Positions 40,830-57,684 of a stretch of 64,000 nt of DNA are shown here, piece after piece. The DNA is from the human T2T-CHM13v2.0 reference genome, Homo sapiens. The DNA lies in NCBI RefSeq assembly GCF_009914755.1, contig NC_060925.1; one strand, given 5' to 3'. A program made the translations under genes and the position numbers. The notes under the pieces are model-generated. The model searched no databases, was not told the origin of the DNA, and saw only the letters and a program-made list of their open reading frames with translations. Every line of letters starts with the position of its first letter. Positions within the stretch are counted from its first letter, which is position 1.

Positions 40830-41285
40830 TAATATGTCTATCTTCCTGCCAGCACCACACTCTTTTGTTTATTGGAGATTTGTAGTGAGTTTTGAAATTA
40901 GAAAATGTGAGTCTTCCTATTTTTTTCCAAGATTGTTTGACTACTAAGGGTATATTGTAATTCTATATATATTTTAGGATCAGCTTCTCTATTTAAGAAA
41001 AAAAAATAAGCCAGTAGGGTTTTAGTAAAGATTGCACTGAATCTATATATTGCTTTGTGTAGTGCTATCATGTTAATAACAGCTTCCAATTCATAAGTAG
41101 GGAATATCTTTTCATTTATTTAAATCTGATATTTCTGTCATTGACGTTTTGTGGTTTTTCAGTGTGCCTCCTTAGAGAAATTTGTTTCTAAATATTTCAA
41201 CATTTTTAGTGCTATTGCAACAGGAATTGTTTTCTGAATTTCGTCTTAGCATTCTCTATTGCTAGCATAAAAACAAATGATTCTC
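40830..41285 (-). mobile_element. L1M ORF2 fragment
   Basis: Minus-strand ORF 40898-41089 reads KAIYRFSAI..K, an ORF2p motif. Confidence 0.8.
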
Positions 41286-43048
41286 AAATGTGAAGAAAAG
41301 AAAAAAAAAACTGAGTTCAGGATACTTACTGAATTTTTAATCCCATAAAAGGGATTTTCCTTTCTACTTCCTTCTCTTGAGAAATATCTTGCTATTTCAC
41401 TGACCCTGGAAAAGTTACCTTTGGCAAAGTACAATTTTCCTGGAAAAACTGCAATTGGGCTGATATTCTCAGTTAGGCCTGCTATATCTGATAAAGAGCT
41501 TTGTACTCAACTTTTCAAAGCTCTTAATACCTAGGTATAATTTCCTGCACTCCTCTTTCGATAACATAAAAGCAGGAAGTACACCTCCACCTCACCCCAG
41601 AGGAGCTAGATTAACCCTGCCACTGCCAGGTTCTCAAGAAAATTTCTCTGTATTGGCACCTGCATAGCTGATGAGCCCAATATTAAAATAAAACAAATTT
41701 TTGCTTCTACAGTGTCTTCACCCTTCCTTTTTTCACAGTTGAAGCCACACTATTGAAGGGGTAGGAATAATTTCTCTATGACGCCTTGTGTGTTTTGGTT
41801 TTGTTTTCAGTGCCAACAATGCAAGAGGCCAAGGTACCATATATGAATTGAAAAGTAATTCACAGCCCTTCAGAGTATCCTTTGCAAGGATGGCAGTGAC
41901 CAGTGAGAGACATTGCTGTTCCCACTGAAATATATTTAAAAGAGTCATCACTGTGCAGCATATGCTGGGCTGATATGACATCTGCCAGAAAGCTAGCATT
42001 CCTATAAAAGCAGACAGTTTATTAAGATATGTTGACTTTCCTGCTGGACATCATTCTTGCCAGATTAGCACCAGAGCAAAACAAACACAAAATGTGGTTG
42101 GTAAAGTTTGTTTGAAGTTACCTACTACTAACAGCTTACCGCAGCAATACATAGTATTACCAGGACTGTAAATATTTATTTTCCTTGGGTATAGATTCAA
42201 AGGAAATAGAAAGGCAATGTTTGTTTGAAAACACTGAATTAATTTTGATATTAAAAAAAAACTCAGAGAGGCAGGCAGGTGCTAAGTGTTCCACCTAGGG
42301 AAATTCTAATCTTTACAAACAGAAAAGGCACACACATTCCTTTGCTACTATCATATCCCCACTTGATAGCAATTCCTGTTCCCCACCCCACCCCACTCCA
42401 CCTACGCTACGCACCAGGCATACTCCTCCTGGCTTCTGGACTATGCCTTGAACTTTAAGGCACCTGCTCTCCTCTCTCACAGTTCATGTTCCCTCTTTCC
42501 TCCTGGAGAAATTCTTTCTCATCTTCCCACCAAATATGTCCTATCCAACCTTCCAGGCCCAGCTATCTCCTCCGCTCCTAAGGCTGTCACCTGTCATCCA
42601 GGCAAATGTAATCGGTCCTACCTCTAAGCCTTTACAATGTCGTGTCCACATCTTTTACAGGGCAATTGCCAGCCCTGCACAGCTACCTCCTTCTGCCTCA
42701 AGGACATGGTCACCTCCATTTCTGTGAAGGCATGGTCAGTGTACTATAAAATTTCCACATAAACAAACTTTATGTATGTATGACATAATGCATGATATGT
42801 CTTCCTTTCTGAAATAATTACTGCATCAAAACTTAAGGATCCTAAATGGAGAAGGGAAAAGCCTTCAAGTATGTCTCCTTGGCACACTAACCACCAAGGT
42901 TAGATTAACTCAAGACAAAGTGCACATTGAATCTAAAGAAGCTTGAGATGGTACTGCTAGGTCAACTCACCAAATTTAATGAGCATAATATTAAAAAAAA
43001 AAAAAAAACATAAAGTAAGAAATACCCAAAAATCTAATCATAGCACTA

Positions 43049-43470
<422 letters not shown>

Positions 43471-44474
43471 AGAAAGCTTATAATATAAAGACCTCTAAAG
43501 AAGGTACTTAAAATATAAAAAACTTATAAAATCCTCCCCAGAAGGAACAATGCGTTGGTATCTTTTCATAACCCCTGAGCTACCATATTTATTTCACCTA
43601 GCACATGGTAAACAATAAATGTTTGTCAAAAGATTGAACTGGGTACTGTATCCGAAAATCCACCATGGATGGGATGAATTTCTCTTCCCGAGGATGAAAT
43701 TATTGTTTTGGAGAAGATGGGAAAACACATCATGTAAAAATGTCAGAGATATTTCTACCCAACTAAAATATGACACCAATATATCCAAACCACTACTCTC
43801 TATTCGCCACTACTAATAAAAGAAACTCCCTAACCAGATTCAGAAACAGCCCTTTTAGAATCTGATAAATGATATCCCCAGAATGACAATAGTTTATTTT
43901 TCACATCTTCATTTCATTAAGGTCATTAAGCATATTAAATATGTTACATTACATAAACTATTCCAAATATAGGCTTTTGTCTTGAATAGTATTATCCTCC
44001 ATTATCCACTGTGGTAGATGATCTATTTCACAAAGAATGAAAAACAGTAGATAATGACCAAGGAATTTATTCATACAGAGAGGATGAGACTTCAAAAATG
44101 AACTTCCTCTGGGTTCTCTTGAGCCCAAGGACTGAAACCATTTAAAATCCCACTGGGCAGATGGGTTGGCTGGGTGCAAGTGGGACAGAACAAGGAAGGG
44201 GTACAGTTACCCTATTATTTGTGCTACTTCTAAATACAACAGCTATTCACTTTATTTTAGATAAAGTTATATTCAGCTAAACTGAAACAAAAAAAGAGGT
44301 AAAATTAAGTAACTACGCTACCCAAAAAAAAGTCTTTATGTTCAGGCAGCAAGATAAATAAATGTTAGTTTGAGGAAAATGTCCTAAGAATATCTGCCTT
44401 GTGTTCTGTTTTATATTTTAGGTATGTTGGCTTTAAACTAATTTCCTAGATAATTTGATCATTGCCTTTAATTA

Positions 44475-44802
<328 letters not shown>

Positions 44803-45273
44803 TCAAGAGGGAAGCACCTTTATACAGCATTGCATTCCTGTATCAAAGCCCTCACCACTCCAAAAATGATCTGATTGAGTCTGTTCCCCCACCCCCATCT
44901 CCAACTAGAAGCACCTTATTTATTTTCAGAGTTACTGCCCCAAACTTGCAACACAGTGAGTTCTCAATAATGCCTGCTGGTCCATAATATACTGAAGTAA
45001 CTTCCTAATATACATTGATACATTCCAGGGACAGTTTCAGATACTAAAGCACTCTTATTTGTATAGCAGGCTAACACTAAATTATTCTTATTTACTTGTT
45101 AAACCAATCCTGCCTAGCCTTCTGCTAGGTGATAGAGATAATCGCTTGCATATACTGTTTTTTGAGTAGCATATTACATGAAAGTTCTTTCAAATTAATC
45201 TGGATTATTAATATTCACAAAGAGTTTTAACCCTCCCGCCCCATGAAATCTTTTATTCAAAATATAAGCAAGC

Positions 45274-45557
45274 AGGCTGGGTGTCGTGGCTCACGCTTGT
45301 CATCCTAGCACTTTGGGAGGCCAAGGGGGGCGGACGGCTTTAGCCCAGGAGTTCAAAACCACCTGGGCAACAAAGAAAGTTCTGTCTCTACAAAAAATAA
45401 AAAATTAGCTGGGCATGGTGGCTAGCGCCTATAGTACCAGCTACTTGGGAGGGTGAGGTGGGAGGATCCCTTGAGCCCGCGGGGTTCGAGGCCACAGTAA
45501 GCTATGATCGTGCCACTGCACTCCAGCCTGAGTGACAGAAAAAAACCCTGTCTCAAA

Positions 45558-45608
<51 letters not shown>
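45274..45608 (+). mobile_element. AluJ with A21 plus (TA)~16 tail
   Basis: Dimer followed by an A tract and a TA repeat. Confidence 0.92.
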
Positions 45609-45611
<3 letters not shown>

Positions 45612-46834
45612 GAATATATGCAGAACAGTCAGGTATGAATCAGTCTGTCTGCCCATCATTTGGTAGAGATGCAATGAGAAAATGAACAACAGCTAAGCCG
45701 GCAATGACTTACTGACCCCAGAGCTTACTATGTGGCAGGCTTTCTTGAGGAGAAAAGGTTATGAACGTCTTATCCAAAGAAACTGTCCTCTTTTCTTTTG
45801 ATTCTCTACAAACTACATCTAAACCAATAAATATATAGTAACAATAAAAATGACGAAACTGAGAAGGTTTTAGAATGCTTTTGTTTTAAATTAGACTGTG
45901 GTAAGCAATGGAATCAAGTCATCAACTCCAGCATAACAGATACAACACTAAGAATGGTGGAACAGAAGTTTTGATTCAAGAAAGTTACACAAAAAGAATG
46001 AAGAATTTTCAGCAAAACAGAATTTAAATACTTCAGGATGCCTGGAATCTAAAAGAAAATGTCAAGTAGTTCAGCAGCAGGTGGGAACAGAAAGGGGCTC
46101 ATTACCTTCCTCATGAAACTCACCCATAACCACTGCACTGATGGTCATCTCTCCACGGTAGGAAGAGAGGAGCAGGCTAAATGCAATCTACAGGCCCCCC
46201 TCCAGTCCCCGCTTTTACTGTTCTGCATGCACCATATACTTTCCTCCATCACTCTGACTTGTTGAGTTTATTGGGATCAGTCTTGTGTTTAAGTGCCTTG
46301 TAAATAAATACAAAACATTTCACCAGTTCACTCAAATGTTTTACTGCCTGACCTCCTGCTTGGAGGTTACACATGGAGCTGATGAAAAGAATGTCATAAG
46401 CATTCTTTTCTACCCACCTGGACTAAATTGTTATTTACCCCAGGCCAGTGTCTCTTTAAAGAAGCTAAAATTGCCTTCCTTCTTTCTGTAACACTGGGGT
46501 AAATAAAACAGATTCACAATGCCTAACAGCTCCACATGTCATTTCACAGAAGGCATTTGAGGGAAAAAGAGTCATCTGTTTTCCTAAGTAGAAAATGAAA
46601 TTTATCTTTGGAGAAATAACAGTTTTTTTAAAGGAAGCTCAATGCAATTTAAAAAATAAAAACATGTTTTCTTGAAAACACATGAATCAGTGAGAGATCC
46701 ATGGCCCACATGGCATGTTAATCGCTTTATAAAAATATTTCTCATATAAATGCATACACGAGTATGCTGTTTTCACAAAGTACTTGACGGCCCCTTAGTT
46801 AATGGCAAAAAGGACTTCTCAGATACCTGCTCTA

Positions 46835-47308
<474 letters not shown>

Positions 47309-47318
47309 CTAAAGGTAG

Positions 47319-47760
<442 letters not shown>

Positions 47761-48252
47761 TGAAGCTTCTTATATCATCTTTTCCCCACAACTATGAGAG
47801 ATTTCATACCAGTCATGTAGCATCTTAAGGATCAAAAGTAGCTTCAATGGAATATGGAAACCTACGGCAAGTTTGGAAGTAGGTACAATCACTACCAAAG
47901 TAAGCTTTGATTAAATTAATATCTTGTTTTCAAAAACAGTAACTTGCAAAATGGCCAGTCAACAAATAGCTAATTCAACTCAAATAACTATCTGTGTTCA
48001 GAAAAGGAACAAGCAGGATACAAACATCCAAGCCCGCAGAACGTAACCACTAAATATATATGCAATACCTGTTTTCCATCAGGTTCTGAAACAAATTCGC
48101 TGTCCTAATTATATTCAGTTTAAACCAGCGTAAAAAACAGTTAACATTCATTGAGCCTACACCAAATGGTGGTAAGTGGAGGAGGTTGCTGAGAAGTGCA
48201 GTTAACCAATTCAAGGCCGTTTTAAATAAAGGACAAGAAAAGTGAAAATGAA

Positions 48253-48267
48253 GACCACCAGAGGGCA
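48253..48267 (+). promoter_or_regulatory. Candidate CTCF site
   Basis: GACCACCAGAGGGCA matches the CTCF core CCACCAG(A/G)GGGC(A/G) in non-repetitive sequence. Confidence 0.45.
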
Positions 48268-48837
48268 AAAGTAAAGACCGCAAGCAGTAAAAGCTTTACT
48301 TATAAACAAAAGACAACCAATTGTGAAAATAAATGCCATGGTGTTTTAAAAGACTTAATGTGGGCAACTCCTTGTTTAGGACGGCATAAAATTGCAGGTG
48401 ATATCAATTACATTTAAAATGCTGGCAAGATAAGACTGAGGAGAAAGAAGGCAGTCACTCGGCCTATTCAGAAGCAGGGAAACACTAAATCGAGATCTTT
48501 TGAAATTGTGGTGGTGATCAGAAGCTGACTACAGACCAAAATAATGAAAATTATTCTCACTCCTAAGACTTAATCATACTTAGTGAGGCACCTAAGGTTA
48601 TGGGAGATTAATGTGCTATTCATCCTTGGACAATCCTTACATTGTCACAATATAGGATCTACAAGGACAGGTCAGATCCATCTTTATAGAGGCAGTGCCC
48701 TTGAACCTGGCATCCCGAGGTCAACACAGTCTCTCGCAGAAACACATCCACTTCCCCACATATCCCCATATCATCCCATTTTTCTTATATACCTCTTACT
48801 GGAAGTCCTTCCTAACCAAGAATGAACCCAGAGCAAT

Positions 48838-49167
48838 CTGTCATGCACTACATGACATCTCAATTAATGACGGACCACATACACGACAGTAGCCCCAGAA
48901 GATTATAATACCATATTTTTACTGTGCTCTATGTTTCGATACACAGATACTTACCATTATGTTACAACTGTCTACAGTATTCAGTACAGTAACATGCTAT
49001 ACAGGTCTGTAGCCTAGGAGCAATAGGCTATACCATCTAGCCTAGGTGTGTAGTAGGCTCTACCATCTAGGTTTGTGTAAATATATTCTATAATGTTTGC
49101 TCAACGACTAAATTGCCTAATAAGTCAATTCTCAGAACATACCCCCTTGTTAAGCAACCACAGATTT
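48838..49167 (+). mobile_element. Tigger3a (MER7/Golem) non-autonomous element
   Basis: cagtattcagtacagtaacatgct...agcctaggagcaataggctataccat...aggtttgtgtaa matches recalled consensus. Confidence 0.88.
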
Positions 49168-49376
49168 GACAACTAGGGGCCCTGAGTGCAGTTTCAGTGA
49201 CCCCACTTCCGGAGGTATCTGGGCTGCTGGCCCCAGGAGTACTGGCCACCAACACAAGGCCTGGAGTCCCTCCTCCTCCTGCGGTGGCTGACCAGGATCC
49301 TTGAGTTCCTGTCACTGAACACTGGGGCTGGGAATCTATTTTTGCACTGAAATAGTATTTGAGAGTAATCAGATTC

Positions 49377-49737
<361 letters not shown>

Positions 49738-49896
49738 TAAAGCACCAATTTTCACATCGTTCTATAGAACGATTTTCTTATAAGAAAATCAATTCCTCAT
49801 TGCAAGCTGATTTACAAGTTTTTGAAACTACTTCTATATGAAGTGGGCCTAGAAGAGGAAACAGTATGCACGTATCAAGGCAGTAAAAGTGAAGAG

Positions 49897-50188
<292 letters not shown>

Positions 50189-51459
50189 GGCGGGAGGGGG
50201 CGAGTGGAGAAGGATTCAAAATATAATAGGATCAATGGAAAGACAACATATCTCCTGTGAAATTTATTTTTTCAGACTATGCTCCTCTCCAGCAATCTCT
50301 AACATATCAGCTATGGCTTCCTATTTCAAAATCCTTCACCCACCTCCCAATCTTCTCTTCTCTCTCTTGTCTATCACATCCTGTTCTCTAGAGATTTCCA
50401 GCCCAGAATTTGAAACACCCCAAGTGTCTCAAATTATTTCAAAATAAGTTATGAAACTTTCAAAACAAATTAATGTAGTAAGTGTACACTATAAAGGAAT
50501 CTGCCATGGAGGGTGTCAGGAAACCCAAAACCCTGGAGATCATGTTGCAATTCCCAAAAGGAAGCAAACCACAGCTCAGGAGAGGCCAAGGAGGTATATA
50601 TGTAACATATAGCAGTCCCACAAACACTTTAAAGAACTACACAGAATCAGCACTAAATCTCTGCGAAGATTCAGAAGTCGGTGCCAGCACTGTGACAGAA
50701 GGCAATGTTTTGCAGAGGGCAGTGGAGGTACAACAGAATATGTATCTTTTTCCACAGTGGAGCAAAACTTCGGCTAAATTCTACTAAACCTCTTACCCCA
50801 ACCACTTCCAACCTCTGACGGGACACTTTTCTAAAATGATCCCAACAAACCTGGTGAACCTCTGAAAATATATCCAAACAAAATTAATTGTAATGTAAAC
50901 AAATGTAAAAACAAGTATACTGCATACGTTATAGTCCCATTTCTCATGGGAAGGGTCAGCTGCGAATGCTAAGATCATTCAAATAACATGACTTATCACA
51001 GCAAAACAAAAGTTTAAATTTACTATTTAAATTTGCTACTTGAATCTTTCCTGGACAAAAACAAACCTGGCAACTAGTTTCTTCTGAAGAGTAAACAGCA
51101 CAGAAGTTTCCTCTTTCACTCTGACCGCAAATTCAACCACAGAGTTAAAACAAAAAGTTTTCTAGAATTCATGAATCTGTACAGAGGTGTTCAGCTGGGA
51201 AGCTTAGGAATCATATTCTACTAGATCAACTAAGTCAACAAAGACAAAGAAACTGAGTCATGGGTGGCTAAGTAACTTGCCTAAAACCAAAATAGCTAAT
51301 TAGTGACTTGGGACTCAGGTTTCTGAAATTCCACAGGCGTGCACTTTCCACTAGACCACATGGGTGAGGATGGGGGATGGTAGGAGGAGGTGCAAAAATT
51401 CAAAATGGACTTGGCCCGTTACACATCTGCCCAGAGTAGTTTCATCTTACATGGCCTAA

Positions 51460-51795
<336 letters not shown>

Positions 51796-52334
51796 TAGAG
51801 TCACTTCTAATGGTGCCTGGGTAGCGTTTTTAGACAATAAAGTGACTAACATTAATTTGGAGTCAGAGTATACACATACCAACAGTAATTCAAATACCAT
51901 TCCAAAAGTCACTATCTGATTTTCTAAAGGTCAGATAGGAATTAAAGGAAAAATGCCATTTGAATATATTCAATTGCCAATAAAATATACACTCCAAGGA
52001 GACTGACTACCCTTAGAATCTGTTAAGTAAGGACTCAAGGTCCCCAGATGGTTAAAAGAAAAAAAAAATAGAAAAAGAGAGGTAGCTCTGGTAGAAAAAA
52101 AAACAGTTCTTAGATCACCACAACCACAGCAATGAAAGGAACCCAAGATTATATCCAAGTACTGACTGGCCCAAACACAGCAGAGAAGAATAGGCATTCT
52201 GATTATCAGTGTTTGAAAAATCCAGGTTTAGTTTAGGTTTGAGATGTGTGGAAGAAGTGATGAGACAGAAAAGAGGAAAAATTAGAAAACCAGAGGAGAG
52301 GAAAGAAAGTCATGAAGTGGTAAAGAGAGCAGGT

Positions 52335-52669
<335 letters not shown>

Positions 52670-54158
52670 TCAGAGCCTTGGCAGGAAAGCCCCCACCTTC
52701 TGCAGAGGAAAGCTCCGGTCAAGACATACACATTAGACCAGATGGTAAAGGACATTTGTAGGTTTCTGTCTGCGTGCAGGCAGAGGTTTCTACAGAATAT
52801 ATTGGGTCTATACTTTTGCTCTCCCTGTTCCAGAACTTGATCTTATGCATTCGATCAGGAGTAACCAATGCCAACTTAGAAATTTATACTGCGAAGCCCT
52901 AATTCTCAAGGGGACTCAGCTCATTCTTAACCCAAAAGGCCTAGTATCTGGGGAAATCACTTCAGAATTCAAAAATTCTGAATAAAGGGATTTAATCACC
53001 CTAACCATTATAATGAAAGGAGGATAGGCTTGAAGCATGCATCAGTAATTCCACTGCTATTTCAGAGTCTTCTCTAAAAATTAATTATATATTTTTTAAT
53101 AATTTCCTATTTAGCATTCCTTTCTATTAACCAAAAACTTCTATTGACATAACAGTGTTTCCTCTTGCTTCCAAGATTCTGAACGGTCATGTGGCTAAAA
53201 CATGGACTGGATCTCAGACTAAGGCAGAAATGCATGCTGAGGAACACATGCCTAGTCAAACACAATGAAGTAGAAAAATCTATAAGGTGGTAGAGAAAGT
53301 AGGTAAGCTGAACTTGCAGCCTATCAGCCAAATGCAGTCTGGTGGTTTTAAAATGTTTTTCTCTTCATAGCTTTTTTACTAAAAGTCTGTAAGGAATGTT
53401 TAAGCATCAGTAAGATACACAGAAAGAAGAATGGTTACAATATTGAAAATAGTAACACTGATAAGCACTTCTCTCGACAGCTTCTCTCTAAAGCCACTCC
53501 TCTCTAAAGTCAAAAGTTACTGAGCACCTACCAAGGATCAATATTGCAATAAGACACTCTAACTTTAAGTCATCGATATCTTAATAAATATTTAATATTC
53601 ATGTATAAAACAAAACAGTGACTAAATACAGCCTTACAAATTATAAAATCTGGCAGTATGTAAACTGGGCAATCCTTGGAAGAGAAGTTTTGGCAACGAA
53701 GAACATAAAAATGTATATGTTATTTTATTTCATGCATTAAACCTACTCCTGGGAATTCAACCCAAAGGAATAACTGGAAAGAAAAAAAGACACTATATGT
53801 ACAAAGACGTTAATGGTATTTTATTTATAGTAGCCAAACAAACACCTGGAAATAACCCAAATAGTCAACAAATGGAAATTGTTAATTATAACATACTACT
53901 CAATGAGCTATACATCCATTAACATTCTAAGTATATTAAGAATATGTGGCAACAGAGAAAAGTGTGACTAAAAAGATAAATGGGAAGAAAAGCAGAAAAA
54001 GTATTCTCACAATATATTGCTCTATGTGACTATTATTCTAAATATATGACATGATTACAGTTATATAATTAATAGAAAGTTTAGAAATAATATATAAAAA
54101 CACAGTGGATATACTTGAGTGGTAGGGTAATTGGTTTTAATATTCTTGAGATACTTTA

Positions 54159-54470
<312 letters not shown>

Positions 54471-54546
54471 GAATTGAGGTATGGTTGTTTTAAAAAATGG
54501 GCTTTAGCTTGATGATACCCACAGCCTATGTAAGTCAAGAAGATGG

Positions 54547-54857
54547 GGCCGGGTATGGTGGCTCACACCTGTAGCTCTAAGACTTTGGGAGGCCAAGGTG
54601 GGAAAATTACTTGAAGCCAGGAGTTTGAGACCAGCCTGGGGATATAGCAAGATCTTCATCTCTACCAAAAAATAAAAATTAAAATTAAAAAATTTAGCTG
54701 TGTGTGGTGGCGCATGTCTGTAGCCCCAGATACACAGGAAGCTGAGGTGGGAGGATCACTTAAGCCCAGGAGTTTGAGGCTGCAGTGAACTGTGATCACA
54801 CCACTATACTCTAGCCTGGGCATGACAGAGTGAGACACTGTCTCTCTGCCAAAAAAA
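54547..54857 (+). mobile_element. AluJ
   Basis: TSD AAGTCAAGAAGATGGG. Confidence 0.92.
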
Positions 54858-55063
54858 GTCAAGAAGATGGGTCCTAATCTCTATGGTCATAGATACCTGA
54901 CCAAAAGTATGTGTTTCAGAGACCAAGGTCTTCAAAGCAGCAGAGTGAAGGAGAAAAGACGATTGGTCACACACAAGTTGGCTATCTATTTGACAACTGA
55001 GTACACTAGCAAAATAGAGCGTGCTGCACAGGTTTTCCTTCTACAGAGACATGGGAGAAATTA

Positions 55064-55429
<366 letters not shown>

Positions 55430-55842
55430 CTATATGACAATGGATTCTAAAGAACCACAAATTTGCCATATGTTTTAAAAAGCTATTCCTTGCATTGAAC
55501 ATTCACTGTTGGTAATGGATAAACCTCTACTTAAGAAAAACAGAGCTGACTACAGATACCTCATAGATGCAGGTATGTTAAAACAGACTAATAGTCTCAG
55601 GCCTTCTTAGGTCAACAACTACAACATATTGTCTGTTAATTACCCATCAGGTTAGGCCATAAGCAGATTTCACTAGTAGGCCAACATTCAGGCTAGGAGG
55701 GAAGAAAAAAGGAATGGAAGGAAAATGCAAGGAGAAAGTATTAGGGAGTGAACATGGTAACAGTAACTCTTTGAGGGCAACACAGTGTGGGGTCCCATAA
55801 GTGATCAACCCCTAACCAAAAAGCTCTAAAAATCTATAATAC

Positions 55843-56167
55843 TTTCTTTTTTCTTTTCTTTTCTTTCTTTTTTTTTTTTTTTGAGACAGGGTCTCCTTCG
55901 GTCACCCAGGCTGGTGTGCATCAGTGGTAGGATCTCAGCTTATAGCAACCTCTGCCTCCAAGGCTCAAGCAATCCTCCCACCTCAGTCTCCAAAGAAGCT
56001 GGGACTACAGGGGTGCACCACCATGCCTGGCTACTTTTTGTATTTTTTGTAGAGACGGGGTTTCACCATGTTGCCCAGGCTGGTCTCGAACTCCTGGGCT
56101 CAAGCAATCCACCCACACTGACCTCCCTAAGTGCTGGAATCACAGGCGTGCACCATGATGCCTGGCT
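55843..56167 (-). mobile_element. AluJ
   Basis: Reverse dimer; TSD approximately TCTATAATA. Confidence 0.9.
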
Positions 56168-57023
56168 CTATAATATATTTTACACCCTTAGCCTCAACTC
56201 TTCCAAAATAAATAATTCAGTGAAGGAGAATATATTCCAAAGATAAGCACTCCTTTTGTTGTCAAAACTATTAGCAGTTTACGAAAATATTTACGACGAG
56301 TACGATAACCTTTTAAGAGTTCAGTAGTAACCTTCTTTTTATAAATTCAGCCAAGATATCTAACAATTCAATATAAACAAGCACCCTATTTTACTGCACT
56401 AATTTTTAAAAGCTTTTCTCTGTAATTACTTAACTTCTATATTAATATAAAACATCCTCATTCCCATTTACTCTGAACCTCAGTACCAACTTTGCCTCAA
56501 ATATTTACCTCCTAAAAAATCAAAACTTCATAAACAAACGGGTCCTTACCTTTCAAAAGAAATTTGCAATGAATTCCAGGGAGACTCATATAAAGTGAAC
56601 TGAAATTGAAATAAAATCCATTACAGGAAAAAAAATCCGAAGACTTTCATAGCAAATCTATTCAAGTTCACATTTCTTCAACACTAATCCAAGTCTTAAT
56701 AGTCACATCATTAATACTCTTAATACTCACATTTTTAACATTCTGCCACCAGCAACTACTACTGTTCAAATAAACTCTGGTTCACACACTGATGTCTGCT
56801 TCACACATCAACTTGCTTCTCCCACACTTGCACTTGCTTCCCACAGAGCTGTCATAATTTCTTACAAGTTTTACCAGGCTGTGTCCCAAAATAAAGAGAA
56901 TGGATTCTTCCGTTCTGAGGATTTTTGACGTTTCTCCGCCAAATGAGGGAGGAGGCATTTGCACTCCAATAGTAGTTTCAAGACCCAACTATCATTTCCA
57001 AAACCCATCTCTACAACCCAGCC

Positions 57024-57026
<3 letters not shown>

Positions 57027-57082
<56 letters not shown>
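57027..57082 (+). repeat. (CA)28 microsatellite
   Basis: Perfect CA dinucleotide run. Confidence 0.97.
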
Positions 57083-57083
<1 letters not shown>

Positions 57084-57684
57084 TCTCTGCCTATTCTGCC
57101 AATGGACTCTGAATTAAGTGGCCTGAAGATTTCTCGTATCTGCCCTGCAAGTCTTCTTGCCCCTGCTGTGAAGTCTCAGAGCCTTAAATGAGGAACTATA
57201 ACCCAGGATATTTATGGGTCTGTCTAGACACCATTATTTCTGAGCAGACGCCAAAGACAAGTGTAACAGCAGGCAACATGACACTTGTAAGTTAAACCAA
57301 ATGAGAGGATACAGTCAGTAATAAAAAGTTTTCATTTACAGTTTGTGGGGGGAAAGCCGTAGGAAAGACCCGTTCTTATGTTTCAGGTGGTATTTTGTAT
57401 GTAAACCATATGGCAATAGGCAATTCTGAAAACCATGGAATTAAAGCCATCCAATATTAGGCAACAGGGCAATAAATAAATTCCCTCCTAAGACTTTAAA
57501 ATATGAAACAAAACTCAGCAATCTGAGCAGGTTTGACCACTTGTTCAATTCTGTAGTGATAATTACTATGATTTGATTGAGATAAAAGTTATAAAACCTT
57601 GTATCAAGTATGTTTTGTTTTTACTTTTTCACTGTCTTATTTTAATGTCAGAATAAATATGTATTGAAGTAGTAGTATACTGAG

